From the sequence record SRR20825006_597: a DNA stretch of 20,000 nucleotides; one strand, 5' to 3'. The position numbers and the translations under genes were made by a program. Under the pieces are notes generated by a model that was not told the DNA's origin, ran no database searches, and saw only the letters and a program-made list of their open reading frames with translations. Positions within the stretch are counted from its first letter, which is position 1; each line of letters begins with the position of its first letter. Positions 16,876 through 20,000 of this stretch are shown here, piece after piece.

Positions 16876-17661
16876 CTACTGAAGGGTGTAAACCACACCA
16901 ACAGAGAACGTATGGTCCGTTTCCTTGGTGCCTGGCGGTACCGAGGAATTATGCTCCAGCAAGTGGCGCAGGCGCAGGGCAAAGCTGGAATTGATCGCCG
17001 TGGTCAAAGACGTTTCGGCACGTGTGTCAGCGCCCTCTTCACCTACCTCGGTAGAGAAATCTTCCTTGAAGGTGGTGTTGTCACTGACGCGCAGCTCGTA
17101 CTTGATACCAATACGCGCAATCGCATCTTCTTCGGAGTTATGGCAACTCATATAGGTGTCCTGGGGCTCCAGACACTTTACGCGATAACCCGGACCGATT
17201 TCTGCATCCAGGGTCTGCAGATCCGAATCAATCCAGCGGCGACCCACACCGATGGCATAACTGGCTTCGTAGTGATAACCCGAAAAATTATCTTTCTGGT
17301 AGGTCAGCACATTGAAGAGGTAGTTTTTGGCATCTTCGCCCAGCTTACGGTCCAGCTTGTAGGAAGCGAAGTAGTTCTCATCCGTACGGTTATATTCTTC
17401 CGTATCGGGATCTTCTTCCTTCTCGTTATTGGCGTCGGCCTTGAAGGTATGGCGCCATTTCTCACTGTCCCGCGCCATATTAACGTTGGCATTGGTAGAG
17501 TCAGAATTGGTATTGCCGCGCTTGAACAACAGCCCGACACCAATATCACCAGACCATTTTGAAACTTCACTGCCCTCGTCGGTGGCTGCATCTTCTGCAG
17601 CCACCGAAACCGCCGGAAGTCCGGCGGCCAGCAGCATGGCAGCGATTGTCTTACTGCGCAT
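16876..17661 (-). CDS. DUF481 (YdiY-like) outer-membrane beta-barrel protein
   Basis: Signal peptide MRSKTIAAMLLAAGLPAVSVA, WSGDIGVG...RGNT, DNFSGY, EIGPGY and an amphipathic C-terminal strand. ATG 17661, with an AAGGAG RBS overlapping the mscS stop. Confidence 0.85.
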   Translation of the reverse strand: MRSKTIAAMLLAAGLPAVSVAAEDAATDEGSEVSKWSGDIGVGLLFKRGNTNSDSTNANVNMARDSEKWRHTFKADANNEKEEDPDTEEYNRTDENYFASYKLDRKLGEDAKNYLFNVLTYQKDNFSGYHYEASYAIGVGRRWIDSDLQTLDAEIGPGYRVKCLEPQDTYMSCHNSEEDAIARIGIKYELRVSDNTTFKEDFSTEVGEEGADTRAETSLTTAINSSFALRLRHLLEHNSSVPPGTKETDHTFSVGVVYTLQ

Positions 17662-17671
17662 GAATAACTCC

Positions 17672-18490
17672 TTAATCGTTTTTGTCGAGATGTACGTCCA
17701 TCTGCGGGAACGGAATGCCAATGCCGGCTTCGTCAAAGCGGCGTTTCACGATTTCCGTGGTATCCCACAGAACCGGCCAGTAATCCGCGCTGTTTACCCA
17801 GGGACGGCACAGGAAGTTAACCGAGCTATCCGCAAGTTCGCCTACTACAATGGTCGGTGCAGGATCCTTGAGCACACGCTCATCCGCAGCCAGAACCTCT
17901 TGCAGCACTTTCTTGACCACGGAAAGGTCCGCATCGTAAGCGACACCAAAGACCATATCCACTCGACGAGTCGGTTTTTCCGAATAGTTGACGATATTTC
18001 CGGACATGATCGCGCCGTTAGGCACGGTCAGAACCTTGTTGTCCGGACTGTTCATGATCGTCGCAAAAATACGGATTTCCTTGACAGTACCCGATGCGCC
18101 CCCTGCTTCCACGTAATGCCCCACGCGAAACGGCTTGAACATGATAAGCATCACGCCGGCAGCAAAGTTGCCCAGCGAATCTTTCAAGGCCAGACCGACA
18201 GCCAGACCGGCCGCACCCAGAATCGCCACCAGCGAGGTCGTCTCGATACCGAGCTGATCCAGAGAAGCGATAACAACAAAAACGAACAGCAGAATATGAA
18301 CAATGCGGCCCAGGAAAGTGGCCACCGTCTCATCCATGCGTTTGTTTAGCAGCTTTTGCACCCAGTTGCTCAGGCGGGCAACAATCCAGCTACCAATAAT
18401 GAAAATGACCAGTGCAGCGGCAATGCTCCAGGCATAGGGCACCAGGTTTTCATTGGCAAAGGTTTCCAATTGGGTCAGATATTGATCCAT
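17672..18490 (-). CDS. mscS: Small-conductance mechanosensitive channel
   Basis: LGAAGLAVGLALKDSLGNFAAG, FKPFRVG, VPNG, ELADSSVN and IPFPQMDVH; 272 aa. Confidence 0.95.
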   Translation of the reverse strand: MDQYLTQLETFANENLVPYAWSIAAALVIFIIGSWIVARLSNWVQKLLNKRMDETVATFLGRIVHILLFVFVVIASLDQLGIETTSLVAILGAAGLAVGLALKDSLGNFAAGVMLIMFKPFRVGHYVEAGGASGTVKEIRIFATIMNSPDNKVLTVPNGAIMSGNIVNYSEKPTRRVDMVFGVAYDADLSVVKKVLQEVLAADERVLKDPAPTIVVGELADSSVNFLCRPWVNSADYWPVLWDTTEIVKRRFDEAGIGIPFPQMDVHLDKND

Positions 18491-18725
18491 TAAGCGTACT
18501 CCTCATCCAGTGAGCGCGAATTATGCCCGTTCCTGCAGCGAGCCCAAGTGGCGACGATGCGACAGCACGGGATTTTACAAAGATTTCATCTGCCGGAGGC
18601 GGGGAATGCCTGTGCTCCCGCTTTCCAGCCTGATCAATAATGAAACCTAATGATCCATATGACCACCCTGCTGCCACCGGCAGTCTGGGTTTTGTCGCGG
18701 TTCCGGCCTGAAAATACCCCTGATA

Positions 18726-18755
18726 TTGGGTATCTGGGCCTTGCCCCGCTATAAT
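18726..18755 (+). promoter_or_regulatory. Putative sigma70 promoter of metH (TTGGGT-N18-TATAAT)
   Basis: Perfect TATAAT at 18750-18755, about 36 nt upstream of the ATG; TTGGGT at 18726-18731. Confidence 0.5.
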
Positions 18756-18791
18756 GCACGCCCCAATTCCCCGCCTTTGCCGGAGCCATCG

Positions 18792-20000
18792 ATGTCACAG
18801 AACCCGCGCGCGAAACTTACTGCCCAACTCCAGGAACGCATTCTGATTCTTGATGGCGGCATGGGTACCATGATTCAGCGCTGCCAGTTCAGTGAAGAGG
18901 AATTTCGTGGCAGTCAATTTGCGGACTGGCCCAGTGACCTGAAAGGCAATAACGACCTGCTCAGCATGACACAGCCCGAGCGGATCAAGGCGCTGCACAA
19001 GGGCTATCTGGATGCGGGCGCGGATATCATCGAGACCAATTCGTTCAATTCCACGTCCATCGCCATGGCCGACTACGACATGCAGGACCTGGCCCGGGAT
19101 ATCAACGTTGCCGCGGCCCGTGTCGCCCGGGAGGCCGCCGACGAAGCCTCCACGCCGGACAAGCCCCGCTACGTGGCCGGGGTGCTCGGCCCCACCAACC
19201 GCACCGCCAGTATCAGCCCGGACGTGAATGATCCCGGCTACCGCAACACGAACTTCGATGCTCTGGTAAACGCCTATCTGGAGGCCCTGGATGGCTTGGT
19301 AGAAGGCGGCATCGACATGGTGCTGATCGAAACCATTTTCGACACATTGAACGCCAAGGCGGCGGTCTTTGCGGTGGACCAGTACTGCTACGAGAACAAT
19401 CTCGACTTGCCGGTAATGGTGTCCGGCACCATTACCGATGCCTCGGGCCGTACTCTCACCGGGCAAACCACCGAGGCCTTCTACAACTCCCTGCGCCACG
19501 CCCGCCCAATCAGCTTTGGCCTGAACTGTGCGCTGGGGCCCATGGAGCTGCGTCCGTATATCGAAGAGCTGTCGCGCATTTCCGAGACCTATGTGTCCGC
19601 CCACCCTAACGCCGGGCTGCCCAATGAAATGGGCGAATATGATCTGGATCCGTTCACCATGGCGAAAGAAGTGCGCGCCTGGGCAGAGAAAGGCTTCCTG
19701 AACATTATCGGCGGTTGCTGTGGGACCACCCCGGAGCATATCGCAGCCATGGCGGATGCCGTTGAAGGGCTCGCGCCACGCCAACTGCCCGACATTGAAG
19801 TGGCATGCCGGCTGTCAGGCCTCGAACCTTGCACCATCACCAAGGACTCCCTGTTCGTGAATGTGGGCGAACGGACCAATGTGACCGGCTCCAAGCGTTT
19901 CCTGCGCCTGATCAAGGAGGAAGACTACGATACCGCACTGGAAGTTGCCCGCGACCAGGTGGAAAACGGTGCCCAGATCATCGATATCAACATGGATGAG
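18792..20000 (+). CDS. metH: Cobalamin-dependent methionine synthase, N-terminal part (runs off the window)
   Basis: Read by hand because it is absent from the ORF track (no stop in window): [66 protein letters not shown] and IDINMDE. GGAG RBS. Confidence 0.97.
   Translation, partial: MSQNPRAKLTAQLQERILILDGGMGTMIQRCQFSEEEFRGSQFADWPSDLKGNNDLLSMTQPERIKALHKGYLDAGADIIETNSFNSTSIAMADYDMQDLARDINVAAARVAREAADEASTPDKPRYVAGVLGPTNRTASISPDVNDPGYRNTNFDALVNAYLEALDGLVEGGIDMVLIETIFDTLNAKAAVFAVDQYCYENNLDLPVMVSGTITDASGRTLTGQTTEAFYNSLRHARPISFGLNCALGPMELRPYIEELSRISETYVSAHPNAGLPNEMGEYDLDPFTMAKEVRAWAEKGFLNIIGGCCGTTPEHIAAMADAVEGLAPRQLPDIEVACRLSGLEPCTITKDSLFVNVGERTNVTGSKRFLRLIKEEDYDTALEVARDQVENGAQIIDINMDE

Noticed and set aside
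18595..18700. Cobalamin or SAH riboswitch upstream of metH
   Set aside because: Only short fragments (GGGAA, GCCAC) resemble cobalamin riboswitch motifs. I see no B12-box or SAH core, and the best promoter lies downstream of this region.
15450..19784. Long opposite-strand ORFs (15450-16637, 17429-18349, 18795-19784; also 2257-3036 and 9099-9917)
   Set aside because: Antisense shadows of well-supported genes in GC-rich DNA, with no recognisable motifs.
1..20000. Mobile elements, prophage, CRISPR arrays or defence systems
   Set aside because: No transposase, integrase or phage-like ORFs, no regularly spaced repeats, and no obvious compositional island by eye.

Overview
An ordinary, gene-dense chromosomal segment of a moderately GC-rich gammaproteobacterium. 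Gene content is consistent with an Alcanivorax/Oceanospirillales-type marine organism, which is an inference I cannot verify. Gene order: hemN 3' end, anr/fnr, uspE-type tandem USP, small coiled-coil protein, yaaA (-), membrane-anchored hypothetical, MBL-fold hydrolase, corA (-), AlkB-family 2OG-Fe(II) dioxygenase, SpmAB-like membrane protein (-), prc/tsp protease, MpaB/Lcp-like (DUF2236) oxygenase (-), alpha/beta hydrolase (-), ABC1/UbiB-family kinase, three-subunit NAD(P) transhydrogenase (pntAA-pntAB-pntB), DUF481 outer-membrane protein (-), mscS (-), and the 5' part of metH. I see no mobile element, CRISPR array, rRNA/tRNA or defence system, and I cannot claim a clear-cut new system. The best leads are: (1) the oxygenase/hydrolase/ABC1 cluster, whose oxygenase promoter is overlaid by two GTTCT-N4-AGAA(C/T) palindromes and followed by an AACAACAAC motif; (2) a ~255-nt unexplained segment between two terminators after pntB; (3) an identical 14-mer next to two different terminators.
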